NCBI GenBank assembly: GCA_951406725.2
Contig: OX597837.1
Location: 42,098,001-42,162,000 of the forward strand
DNA from: Octopus vulgaris
Lineage: Eukaryota
Direction: 5' to 3'
DNA: 64,000 nucleotides
Part shown: positions 37,541-50,247 of the stretch, in pieces
How positions within the stretch are numbered: position 1 is the first letter of the stretch
Layout of the letters: every line of letters begins with the position of its first letter
Program-made: the position numbers and the translations under genes
The notes under the pieces: model-generated
What the model saw: the letters and a program-made list of their open reading frames with translations, nothing else
Databases searched by the model: none
Told to the model about the DNA's origin: nothing

Positions 37541-37941
37541 TTTACTTACTCTTTTACTTGTTTCAGTGATGTGTGTGTGGCCATGCTGGAGCACCGCCTT
37601 TAGTCGAGCAAATCGACCCCACGACTTATTCTTTGTAAGCCTAGTACTTATTCCATCGGTCTCTTTTGCCGAACCGCTAAGTTACGGGGACGTAAACACA
37701 CCAGCATCGATTGTCAAGCGATGTTGGTGGGGACAAACACAGACACACACACACATATATATACGTATACATGTATACGACGGGCTTCTTTCAGTTTCCG
37801 TCTACCAAATCCACTCACAAGGCTTTGATCGGCTCGAGGCTATAGTAGAAGACACTTTCCCAAGGTGCCATGCAGTGGGACTGAACCTGGAAGCATGTGG
37901 TTGGTAAGCAAGCTACTTACCACACAGCCACTCCTACGCCT
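37541..37941 (-). mobile_element. SINE family A
   Basis: Full-length copy alignable to 1749-2176. Confidence 0.9.
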
Positions 37942-38016
37942 ACTTGTAAAAGTTTAATAATAATAATAATCATTTCTACTGTAGGCACAAGTTCTGAGAT
38001 TTGAAGAATTAATTAT

Positions 38017-38074
<58 letters not shown>

Positions 38075-38614
38075 TGTACGAGCCAGAAAAAAAGAAAGAA
38101 AGAAGCATGGTGATTTAGAAGTATTCTTTTAAACAGAATACTTTCTAATCATTCCTGATCAATGTATTCGAACCACGGAATGGTCTTGCTTCTTCCACCA
38201 TTTCCTAACTGTGTCTGTTCTATCTTTTCAACAATGGCTGTCTCAAAATTTGGAGCACAGCAAAATATAACATAATACATATATTTTATTTTTTTGGCTT
38301 TTGGCTTCATTTGAATTTCATATGAGCTAACGACCACACTGAATTCTTTACCACATCAGGTGACATTCATTAAAATATAGAAAATGAAATATTCTTCAAA
38401 TACATTGAGTAAAACTATATAATTTGATATATGCGGCTTTTAATGAGGATTTTTAATATCTTTATTCATGAAACAAGTGTATATTGTCTGAACAATAAAC
38501 TGTTTTATATTGTGTTTGTTAATCAAGAAGAAATGAGAGAAAGTTAACTTTGTCGACAGTTAATCTGCTTTTAATTGTTTTTTTGTTTTTTTTTTGCTTA
38601 TTTTAATTACTCGT

Positions 38615-39960
38615 ATGCAGGTGCAAGCATGGCTGTGTTATTAATAACTGTGCTTTTTAAATCATGCAGTTCTGAGTTCAATACCTATGTGTGCCACTTC
38701 AGGGGTATGTATTCAACTGTAGCTTTGGATTGACCAATGTTTTGTTAACTTACTCATTTACTTGTTTCAGTCATTTGACTGTGGCCATGCTGGAGCACCG
38801 CCTTTTTTTAGTTGAGGAAATCAACCCCAGGACTTATTCTTTGTAAGCCTAGTACTTATTCAATTGGTCTCTTTTGCCGAACTGCTAAGTTACGGGACTT
38901 GTAAATCATGTAAATGAAACCAGTGTGGAAAACCATTTTGCTATTAATAACTGTGTTTTTTAATCATGCAGTTCTGAGTTTAATACCTATGTGTGCCACC
39001 TCAGGGGTATGTATTCAACTGTAGCTTTGGAGTGACCAATGTTTTGTTAACTTACTCATTTACTCGTTTCAGTCATTTGACTGTGGCCATGCTGGAGCAC
39101 CGCCTTTTTTAGTTGAGGAAATCGACCCCAGGACTTTTTCTTTGTAAGCCTAGTACTTATTCAATTGGTCTCTTTTGCCGAACTGCTAAGTTACGGGGAC
39201 TTGTAAATCTTGTAAATGAAACCAGTGTGGAAAACCATTTTGCTATTAATAACTGTGTTTTTTTAATCATGCAGTTCTGAGTTCAATACTTATGTGTGCC
39301 ACTTCAGGGGTATGAATTCAACTGTAGCTTTGGACAGATCAATGTTTTGTAAACTTGTAAATCTTGTAAATGAAACCAATGAAGAAAACCATTTTGTTTG
39401 TCAGTCTGACTTATTCTATTGGTCTCTTTTGCCGAACTGCTAAGTTACGGGACTTGTAAATCATGTAAATGAAACCAGTGTGGAAAACCATTTTGCTATT
39501 AATAACTGTGTTTTTTAATCATGCAGTTCTGAGTTCAATACCTATGTGTGCCACCTCAGGGGTATGTATTCAACTGTAGCTTTGGATTGACCAATGTTTT
39601 GTTAACTTACTCATTTACTTGTTTCAGTCATTTGACTGTGGCCATGCTAGAGCACCGCCTTTAGTCAAGGAAATCGACCCCAGGTCTTATTCTTTGTAAG
39701 CCTAGTACTTATTCTATTGGTCTCTTTTGCCGAACTGCTAAGTTACAGGGACTTGTAAATCTTGTAAATGAAACCATTGTGGAAAACCATTTTGCTATTA
39801 ATAACTGTGTTTTTTAATCATGCAGTTCTGAGTTCAATACTTATGTGTGCCACTTCAGGGGTATGTATTCGACTGTAGCTTTGGAGTGACGAATGTTTTG
39901 TAAACTTGTAAATCTTGTAAATGAAACCAATGAAGAAAACCATTTTGTTTGTCAGTCTGA
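38615..39960. repeat. Young tandem array of ~250-300-bp chimeric SINE-derived units
   Basis: The anchor attaataactgtg occurs at ~38640, 38944, 39245, 39498 and 39798. Units combine a decayed + strand family-A head with a - strand family-A tail. Confidence 0.9.
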
Positions 39961-40844
39961 CTGTGTGTATGTATGCATGTGTGCATGTGTGTGTATGTAT
40001 GCATGTATAATGACAAAAGCAAGCAGGCCAAAACTGTCAACCCCCATCTACTTTTACCAATTAAAAAATATTTCTGTTGTTTTTGTAAAATCTCAGAAAA
40101 TAATTAAAAATTCACATTTTTTATCAAATTATTTTGTTATATTTGTCTATCTATCCAACTGTAAACATTTTAAATATTTCACTAACTTTTGTTATAACTT
40201 GGTAAAAGGGTATTTAAAAGCATTGAGTAGCTCTTCAGCTTGATGTTTGATTTATATATAAGTAAAAGACAAACACAAATATACACATATACACATGTAT
40301 GTGTGCATGTACAACATGTGTGTATGTACGGGTAGTTAAGATCAATCCACAAAATCGTGGCAAATATTTCCATGATGGCACCTGATACTAGCATCATGTT
40401 TCCGAGATAATGGCAAGTAAATCCCTAAGGTTTCTTACAACAGAAAAAACCATACATTTCCATTATTTCAAACTTACAGATACATCTTAGTTCAACAAAT
40501 CTTATCAGTCACTTAGTCCGGTGGCCAACTGTTTCTGATATTTCTACAAATCTTTAAAAGAATGACAACGACAACTGATTTCCTTTAGAATCAGGGTTTA
40601 ATGTAACCAACCACAAAGGGCCTATATTTTAGAGTAAAAGTAAGAAATGGGATATGGAAATTTTTGTGACCCTTCCCAGGAGGATTAGCCAAGTGTCAGT
40701 CTCAACATAACAGAAGGTTATTTCTCTCTTTATAACACTTAGTAATAATGATTTCTAGGGGTGGATATAAGGCCTCAAATCTGGAGCATCATATTTAATT
40801 ACATCAACCCTAGTGGTTGGTTCGTCAACATTTTTCTGTAAGGA

Positions 40845-41069
40845 GTAAAGAGCTGATTTCCTGGTTCCTCTGGTGTATATATATTCCTCCCTGGACGGGA
40901 TGCCGGTCTGTTGCAGGGTTACTAATTTTTACCAGCTGAGTAGACTGGAGTGATGTGAAATGAAGTGTTTTACTCAAGAACAAAATGCATCGCCTGGTCC
41001 AGAAATTGAAACCACAATCTTACAATCATGAATCTGAACACCCTAACCACTAAGCCATGTGCCTCCACA
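40845..41069 (-). mobile_element. SINE family D
   Basis: Aligns to the 17590-17844 unit (ccctggacggga.gcc.gtc...ccctaaccactaagcca.g.gcctccac). Confidence 0.8.
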
Positions 41070-41452
41070 ACCCCAGTGATTGGTAATTATTTTATCAACC
41101 CTTGAGGGATGAAAAGCAAAGTTGGCCTGCGAGGGATTTCAACTCAGAATAAAAAGAATTAGTGAAAATATTGCATGGCTCTTGCCAATCCACCACGCTA
41201 AGTGTTTATGAAAAATAATTGTTTCATATTTAATAATTTTTTTCTACTGTAGGCAAAGGCTGGGGATTTCTATCTGGGGGAGCTAGTGGATTACCCCAAG
41301 GCCAGTGCTCAACTGGTACTCATTTTATCAGTCCTGAAATGACAAAAGGCAACGTTGACCATGTCAGAATTTGAAATCAGTGTGCAAAGAAGCAAAAGAA
41401 ATGCTGCAAAACATTTTGTCTGATGCACGAACAATTCTGCCAGCTTGTTGCC

Positions 41453-41513
<61 letters not shown>

Positions 41514-41514
<1 letters not shown>

Positions 41515-41720
41515 CCTTTCTGCTAAAGGCACAAGATCTGAAATTTGTGGGGGGAAGGGACTAGTTGATTACATCGACCCCAGTGTTTCACTGGTACTTA
41601 ATTTATCGACCCCGAGAGGATGAAAGGCAAAGTTGAGCTTGGTGGAATTTGAACTTGGAACACTAAGGATTGACACTAAGCATTTCGTCAGGCATGCTAA
41701 TGATTTTGCCAACTCACTGC
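41514..41720 (-). mobile_element. SINE family B (with further decayed copies at 41070-41450)
   Basis: gattacatcgaccccagtgtttcactggtacttaatttatcgaccccgagaggatgaaaggcaaag, flanked by (AAT)n. Confidence 0.75.
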
Positions 41721-41721
41721 C

Positions 41722-41779
<58 letters not shown>

Positions 41780-42431
41780 TAAAAGTAACAACAATAATAA
41801 TAATAATGATAAATATCTAAAACAACTGAAAATTCTCCCTATGACAAAAACTAAAACAAAATTATAATTCATTTTTCGAAAGATTGAAATAAGAGAGAAA
41901 AAGATGACACTCACACCGGCATACTTAAAAACTGAGAAAGTAATAAAATAAAATAAGATAAAATAAAAAGAAATAACAAATATTTTGATGAAAGAAAAAG
42001 AACTCAATAAATACAATAAAAGTTTAAAAAAATAAAAACTAGGGTAAATAGCATGTGAGAGAAGATAATCTAATTAAACAAATGTTAAAAATATTAGATA
42101 ATATACTTAAATTGAATTACTTAATTTATATACAAGCAGTTACTCTGATGGCAACTTTCACTGACATGAATATTAAAAGAAGAAAAAAAAACTAAGATTA
42201 TGTGAAAAGCATCGAGAGATAGAGAGGAGAAGAGGGAAGAAGAGACAGAGTGAAAGAGTGAGAGGAGAAGGAAGAGGAGGAGACAACAAACGGAGAAAAA
42301 GAGAGAGAAATGAAAGAGGCAAAAATCATAATTTATTTATCATAGAAAAAGTTCTTCATGAACAAAGTCTGTTTATCCAACAATTATTATCATTATTATT
42401 ATTATTATTATCATCATTATTATTATTATTA

Positions 42432-42468
<37 letters not shown>

Positions 42469-42867
42469 GATTATTATTATTATCATATGGAAATTTCTGT
42501 TGTCACAAAATATGTGATGCTTGAGTATTCATTCACGGTGAGGGGCAGGCATGGCTGCGTGGTTAAAGAAGGTTGCTTTTTCACAATGTGTCCTGTCTTT
42601 GCTCTTAAAAGACAGTAGGCTGTAATTTGAGGGACATTTGGCTGCTATGTATGCAACAGCTTCAGCAACCATCATTATTACTCGTTATTAACCCTTTAGT
42701 GTTTAAACCAGCCATAACCAGCCCAAATATTCCGTGTGTTTTATACTAAAACTGACCAGATCCAACCTCTTGTACCTACCCTACAATGTCATTCTAAAAA
42801 TAAACAACCACATCATTGAACATTATTTACATTTGACAGATATTTGTCCTCATCTTGTTTGTTGTTA

Positions 42868-42911
42868 ACACAACATTTCGGCTGATATACCCTCCAGCCT
42901 TCTTCAGGTGT
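42868..42911 (-). ncRNA. Minimal type-I hammerhead ribozyme motif
   Basis: Minus strand ACAC-CTGAAGA-A-GGCTG-gagggtatat-CAGCC-GAAA-TGTT-GTGT. Confidence 0.7.
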
Positions 42912-42963
42912 CTTGGGGAAATTTCAAACCTGAGTTCTCATTCCTAAGGTATTTTTCGATGTC

Positions 42964-43018
<55 letters not shown>

Positions 43019-43046
43019 CAAGTTCGATTCCAGGCAGTGACTGAAT

Positions 43047-43082
<36 letters not shown>

Positions 43083-43131
43083 TTTGAAAAATACCTTAGG
43101 AATGAGAACCCAGATTTGAAATTCCCCCAAT

Positions 43132-43175
43132 ACACCTGATGAAGGCTGGAGGGTATATCAGCCGAAACGTTGTGT
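43132..43175 (+). ncRNA. Minimal type-I hammerhead ribozyme motif, canonical core
   Basis: ACAC-CTGATGA-A-GGCTG-gagggtatat-CAGCC-GAAA-CGTT-GTGT. Predicted cleavage is after GUU (43171). Confidence 0.8.
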
Positions 43176-44908
43176 TAACAACAAACAAGATGAGGACAGA
43201 TATCTGTCAAATGTAAATAATGTAAATAATTCCTTGTCTCTTAAATATAAAACTGCACATCATTGAAATCTTGAAAGTAGGAGATAATGCATGATTAATA
43301 AGGTAAGTAAAAAAAACCATTACCTTTGACAAGGTGGTAACCTGGTGCAATTGTAACTATGCCAAACACAATGCTGAGGAGCATTTTTTTTCCAGGTCTT
43401 TACATTCTCAGGTCAAATATCACCAAGGTTGACTTTACCCTTTCATCTTTACAGTTTCAATAAAAGAAGTACCAGTTGAATACTGGGGTTGATGCAATCA
43501 ATCAACTCCCTTCCCCTTAAAATTACTCCCCTTATGCCTAAAATTAGAGAGGATTATTACTCACTGTTGTTTTTTTTTTTGTGGCTGTCAGATTTTCTTT
43601 AGCCCTCCGTCAGCTCTGACCATGCAGACTTGAAATCATGAGCAAAAGCATTTCAGCCATGACCATCCTGTCTTTCTTATTTCTATACACAGACTATATT
43701 TTCTTTGAGGTCTCCTTTCTTTACATAAACCAGTAGCTAGCTGATAATGTAAGGGAAAGTTGGTTGCTATTTCTAGCAAGTTGAATGGCCATATGAGGGC
43801 ACTTCTCTTTGTGGGTGTTATAAATGTGGTACCGAGTTCTTTGGTGAAAAGCAGCATTTCCAATCCAGTTTTAATTTGCAATAATTACTTCGCTCAGCTG
43901 CTACTGTCTCTAAGAAACTGCACAAGCATCCAGTTTCCTATGTCAATCCTTTCCTCTAACTTATAATTCCATCCCACCGAAAAAAAAAAAAAAATAAATA
44001 ATTTTCTGCTTATGTAACAATAGAATAAAATTTTAAAAAATCATCATCATCATCATCATCAATTATTATTGTTATTATAATTATCAGTATCAACCTCTTC
44101 CTAATTATAATCAATACCGTCATCATCATCACTGACTCCACTGCCATTGTCATCAACACCCACACCATCATCGTCAATACCACCATCACCACCACCACCA
44201 CTACTACTGCCATCACCACTACCACTACCACCACCACCACCACCATCCTCGCTGCCACCGCCACCTTTATTACATTATCTACTTTTAACTGAATTCAGTC
44301 AGATCCTTTCCTTTCCTTTCCTTCTTAAATTTATTTAAGCACTGGAATACTTTCCTCTCAAACTGTCAAATCTTTCCCTTCCCGCTTCAGTGCTGCACTG
44401 TCTTTCTCTCTTCTTTCACTTCACACCCTGCTGCCGCCCACCCACACTCTCAGATCTACACCACATACACACACATAAACACGCGCACGCGTGTGTGTAC
44501 ATATGTGCGCACGCGTGCACGTACACGTATACACCTTTGTATGAAAACGCTATTATTAAGTGCTAAGACGTGTTCAGGATTGCCATGAAAGGCCATATGA
44601 AATAATTGAATTATCTGAAAGCTTGTCAACAATGATTATAAATTTCATTTCTTGTCAGATTCCATTCTTGAAGAAAATAGATTCACTGAACAAAAATAAA
44701 AACAAACAAACAAAAACAAACAAAAACAAACAAACAAACAAACAGTCGAATGAATAAATAAATAAATAAATAAATAAGAATCCATTAACAGAATAATTTG
44801 ATTTAGCCTTTCTGATGCCTTGTCAGTTTATATTCCCGTCCTCTGAAAAGGCAACTGTTGCCGCCAAATCTGTTATTCAATGCAATGGGATTCTCGATGG
44901 ATTTCCAC

Positions 44909-44910
<2 letters not shown>

Positions 44911-44964
<54 letters not shown>

Positions 44965-45151
44965 GTATATATATACACACATATATATATATATACATAT
45001 ATACACACATATATATATACATATATATATATATATACATATATATACATATATACACACATAATATATATAATATATATATATATATACATATATACAT
45101 ATATATACATATATACATATATATACATATATACAATATATATATATATAC

Positions 45152-45192
<41 letters not shown>

Positions 45193-45207
45193 CATATATA
45201 TATATAA

Positions 45208-45262
<55 letters not shown>

Positions 45263-45272
45263 CACAAACACA
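44911..45272. repeat. Compound (TA)n/(TACA)n microsatellite (representative; similar tracts at 18630-19135, 33250-33665, 60615-61100)
   Basis: Direct inspection. These tracts are the source of the many spurious IYIY/VCVC ORFs. Confidence 0.95.
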
Positions 45273-46246
45273 CAGATTGATAACTAATAATTATATATAT
45301 ATATTAAACAAAAAATTGATTTATATTTTATAATCACAGATATTTTAATAACAAAATATGAATGTAATCACCCCCCTCTCTCTCTCTCTCTCTCTCTCTT
45401 CTGCATCCACAAATAGAGGTTGCGCGTGTTTGTGTGATTTATTGCTGAAATTCTCCCTTTTCGCTTTCTGTCTCTTTTACATAATACATTAACTACATAA
45501 CAAATCCAGACTGGGAGTCCAACTAAAAGCTGTATTCACACAGAAAGTCCTAAGGACACGCATTAAACATTCATCGCTCTACCTACCTACACTAAACACC
45601 CACTGCTTCATAATGTCACTATTCAGATAATTTCCATATATCTTATATTGTTGCATCTTTACACAAAATGTGAATAATAAAGGTATTAATAATAATAATG
45701 ATAATAATAATAATGGTTTATTTATTAACCATTAACGAGTTTACATAAGGAGCAAGGATGGTACAGGATGATACATAACAATATAAACGTGATGAGGGGT
45801 TACATGAAGGCATGTAAACAGCGAAATAACAAATGTAAGGAAATGGAAAATTCAAACGAGAAAATTCCCCAAAAGTGAATGACCTCCAAGGGCTGCTTGT
45901 GGAAACCTCACAAAACCACGATCAGCCTGATCATTAGCAGGCTTCTTACCACACAGCCATGCCTGTACGTGGAAAATATTATTTTTCCCAATATATTATT
46001 GTTACTTGATTTATCAACTGTTTTCTAGATAGGTTGTTTCACCCCTGGCTAAATTAAAGAATTCCCTTAATCTACTTCAGTTATTTGACAACCACCTTTT
46101 GAGTGGAGAAATATTACCATGGCACCAGCACTAGAGAGGCTGCTTTATCATCAGCAGGGCTAAAACGATCTTTCTGCTCTAAGTAGTTTCCATTTATTTG
46201 CCGACGACTTTATGGAATATACTGGATGAACATTATCATGGCACCA

Positions 46247-46354
46247 TCGCAGGACTGTCGAGCGTGGGCTGCCATAGTACGAGATGCCTCAAGGGTGGTA
46301 GAAGAAGCCGACTCAACTCGCCCAGGGTGAATGTCGCCACAAGTACAATACAAG
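46247..46354 (+). mobile_element. 5'-truncated RTE LINE 3' end with 13-bp TSD
   Basis: SQDCRAWAAIVRDASRVVEEADSTRPG* followed by a caagta-type tandem tail. TATCATGGCACCA at 46234-46246 and 46355-46367. Confidence 0.8.
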
Positions 46355-47795
46355 TATCATGGCACCAGTACTAAAGAGGTAGCCTTGTCACCAGCAACAC
46401 TAAAGAGCTTTCTCTAAGGGTTTGGTTTGTAATGATATTCACTGTGATGACACCTCTAATGCAAGTGGAATCACTTTTGTTGGAGTTGTCACTGGTCCTA
46501 AGGATTTTCTTTTTTATGCCTTAATCAGAAAGAGAAGTACCCAAGACTCTTTTCAGGAACTCTGTTACTGATGGGAGTGATACACAGCTCAGATACTTGG
46601 CCAGAATGCTTGCAAAAGGGAGGATATTACAAACGGTAACCAAGGACCAAGCAGTGTGGTGTTGGAAGCAAGTACTGTAAAATAGGGACATACTACTTTG
46701 TAATACCGGTGACATACATTTTATGCACACCGAAGTCAAAGAAAAATAAATGACGTGCATACATAAAGCTGACTGCTTTTATTTAAATAATTTCTCAAAG
46801 TAAACAAAATTTCACGTCTTAATATCTTAATGTTTTTAGCTGTTTTATTTTATTTTCGATGGTGTTTAAAAATGTCAGATCCAATTTTGCGAAAGTGGAA
46901 GAAAAATAGCGTAAAAACAAGTGTGAGATAACTTGTTTTCCCAGCGGATTCAATTAAAATTTCTTTTTTAATGGCTTTACTGTTTACTTGAAAACTTCAA
47001 CCAATAAATATTCCATTTCAGATCATCTCTAGATAGATGAAAGTGCAGATCAACAGAAATATTTAATCTGTAAGAAAGCTGGTCTTGTCAGCTGAATTTT
47101 AAACTCTTTCCACACAAAGATTGCATTAAAATGCAATTTGCCCTGTCCTGACAGTAATGAGGCAAAAAAAGCAAAAAAAAAGCATAAAAACAAACAGTAA
47201 TATTTTATAAAATTAACGAACAAAATATATTTTGTTGACTGCTGGCAAATTTCATTTGAAGAAATCAATGAAATCAGGCTACATTTTCATCCATCACAAA
47301 TTCGGTAAATAATGAACAGTGACACACTAAATTTCCTGGACCATTCTTTAAAAGACTTGATAAATAGTAAATAAATTTCAATGACTTTCTCAAATTAATT
47401 TTTTTTTTTTTTTTTTTAGCTTCTAAATGAATTACAATAATTGCAAGACTTGTGCAGTTCACAAAATCATCAAACAACAACAGCGAAAAAAAAAGAGAGA
47501 AGCATTCTAATTGACTTGGTACATACATATTGGTAGCAGACGCGAAGGAAGACGCAAAAGTAAATTGGGCCACAAATCTCAACTTTAATTAACAAACCAT
47601 TAGCATTCAACAAAGATTAATTGACAGCAGATAATAAAAATTAAAGTTGGGGAAAGTTTAAATGGTAATTTTTCTTCGTCTAAACTATCTTTGGTACAAT
47701 AGTTTCAACAACCAACAAATTTTATCGATATTTAGAAACTCTAAGAATAACTAAACATAAATATCTCATCACACCACAGCTTATTTTCATTAACC

Positions 47796-47830
<35 letters not shown>

Positions 47831-48720
47831 TAATAATAATAATAATAATGATAATAATAATAGGCTTCTGAGCATATATGAGGTAATGTTAAAAATGAGT
47901 TGTCGTTAGGAAAACTAAAAATGTGATTAAAAAACAAAACAAATAAAAGCATCATTACTTAAATTAGCCTAATTTAGTCTAAACGAAGTGAAAAATATAA
48001 ACAAGACAAGGTTAATAAAGATTGTTGCATCGTGTTTCTTTGATGAAAGAAATTGTAAGGAATAGAGACAAGTTGAACAAACATGAGAGTCAACATGCAT
48101 GAGGGCAAAAGAAGGTGTGCATATATGTATGTATGTGTGCATACATACACACAGACACACATATAAATATATATATATATATATATATACATGAATTTGT
48201 CAGTGTCTCTATGGGTCAATATGAATATGTCTATGTCAGTATCTATGTGAGTCTATGCACATGTGTGTGCGTCTGTATTATTATGCATGTGTGCAGTTGA
48301 AGAGACGATCATATTTTTGGCAAATTTGTTTAACGAACAATTATTAAACCTCTGATGCTGTTCATTTTAAAACAAAATTTCTGTCTGTTTTTTTTGTTTT
48401 TTTTTGGATTTGGTGGTTACACATCAAACAAAAAGCCTTCAATATTTCGAGTGTCGTACATGGTATTATTGAGGATTTTATTCTGAGTTATATACATCAT
48501 TCTAAGAATATAAAATGATAGCTGAAAGCAAGAAAGGTGTTTTTTTTCTCTCTGTTTAGTGACATCAAAGTTGATATGTTATAGATGTCAGAATATATTG
48601 TAAAGGTTGTTGCCATAGAGTCGCAGGCTACGTTTTACAACCTGCTTCTTGTCTAGTGGGAGCAATGAGGTAGTGAATGAATGAATACAAGTCTTTGCTT
48701 ATATGTATGTGTATGAGTAT

Positions 48721-48754
<34 letters not shown>

Positions 48755-49099
48755 GCACACATACATACACTCTCACATACGTTTCGCTTTATATTGTCAC
48801 CTATCAAAGATACTCTCCTTTTAAGCTAACAAGAGAATCACTATACAACCAGACGATCAAACAACTAGCTACAAACAACAGCCAAATGCCCTCTCACACC
48901 ATACTCCACCGTTATTAAACGAGAATACATTGGATAATGTAGTTTATTATAAAAAAAAGATGGGGTGGTCATTAGTGGAATGCCACTGATCAAGACTGAC
49001 CTGAGAGCTAAACAACAACTCCCGAGGTTCAAGAGGTCTAGCTGCAAATATGCAATCATGTGCAATTATATATATTAGTCACACATACTTATGCATGTA

Positions 49100-49141
<42 letters not shown>

Positions 49142-49145
<4 letters not shown>

Positions 49146-49271
49146 TGTACTCGCATAGCAAGTGATTTGATCTGAGATCGTGTGCTGGAACGAAAACAAT
49201 TGCAGCGTGGAAGGTGTTTGTAAGCCATTTAGTGTGTTTCTTAAATGGCTTACAAACACCTTCCACGCTGC

Positions 49272-49275
<4 letters not shown>
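49142..49275 (+). repeat. Dispersed repeat ending in a perfect 34-bp foldback
   Basis: 49198-49231 is the exact reverse complement of 49242-49275. Confidence 0.9.
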
Positions 49276-49307
<32 letters not shown>

Positions 49308-49309
<2 letters not shown>

Positions 49310-49497
49310 CTGTAAATGCAATATGTGACTATTATTCGTTAGCCATGATAAAACTCCGAGTTTCGGATGCCAAGGTGGAACTCGGAGTATTATCATGGCT
49401 ACCGAATAATTGTCACATATTACATTTACAGATAAATTCCTACTATTTACATAATATCGAGGTCTCTTTCATTCTTTTGTTATCTTACTGTTTTTAT

Positions 49498-49500
<3 letters not shown>
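49308..49500. repeat. 55-bp inverted repeat element within a TA tract (possibly a Penelope-like terminus)
   Basis: 49308-49362 versus 49379-49433, 4 mismatches. Confidence 0.75.
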
Positions 49501-49531
<31 letters not shown>

Positions 49532-49894
49532 TCATTGTTTCACAAGAGCCCGGTTAGACAGAAGCCTGCATCAAACTTCTGCGACTGTTTTGGCAGGATT
49601 TTTACAGCTGGATGCCCTTCCTTACACCAACCATTCGGCAGAGTGGACTTGGTGCTTTTAAGTAGCACCTGCACTGACAGGGTCACCAAGTACTTGCAAG
49701 ACAAGGAAAAAAAAATCTTTCAAGGGGGAGGGGGCATTGGCAGAGGTGATCTTGAGTTGGATGATGAAAGGGTATAGTGAAACAGAGAGACAGAAACAGA
49801 TGTCTTGCTATAGAGGAAGTAGAATGTTACCAGGAGAGAGAGAGAGAGAGAGATCAGGAATTAAGACAGAAACAGGTATGATATATATATATAT

Positions 49895-49938
<44 letters not shown>

Positions 49939-49939
<1 letters not shown>

Positions 49940-50247
49940 TAGCAGTATCGCCCGGCGTTGCTCGGGTTTGTAAGGGAAATAACTATATAAGCATTTTTAG
50001 AGAGTTACTTCCCATATATAAACCGAGCAAAAAATGCATTAAAAATGCAGAAAAATGATGGTAATTTTTTTTTTAAATCGTAGACTCATCGTAGACGTGC
50101 GCTAATATCCAGAAGGGCTCGATATGAATCACGACTATAAGATACCCGCTTTTGGTTAAACTGCACCGCAAAATGTGAGAGTAGTTAGGAATCTAAATCG
50201 GAGGAGACAGACTCTCACACACACAACTTCAGTTTTATATATAAAGA
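49939..50247 (-). mobile_element. Non-autonomous Helitron, complete
   Basis: Minus strand A|TCTTTATATATAAAACTGAAGTTG ... CCCGAGCAACGCCGGGCGATACTGCTAG|T: TC start, 3' hairpin, CTAG end, AT target and no TSD. Confidence 0.9.

Larger units (their letters stand above)
42821..43255. mobile_element. Palindromic Penelope-like element with two inverted hammerhead-bearing arms and a 12-bp TSD
   Basis: Arms 42821-42957 and 43086-43222 are reverse complements (137 bp, ~7 mismatches). TSD CACATCATTGAA at 42809-42820 and 43256-43267. Inserted in a family-1 TTAA MITE that starts at 42692. Confidence 0.85.

Noticed and set aside
44478-44535. CpG-rich alternating purine-pyrimidine tract (Z-DNA-prone)
   Set aside because: Most simply a mutated (CA)n/(TG)n microsatellite.
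45716-45935. Possible LINE 3' UTR on the minus strand ending in AATAAATAAA next to an AAT tract
   Set aside because: No second copy or protein remnant is available to support a call.
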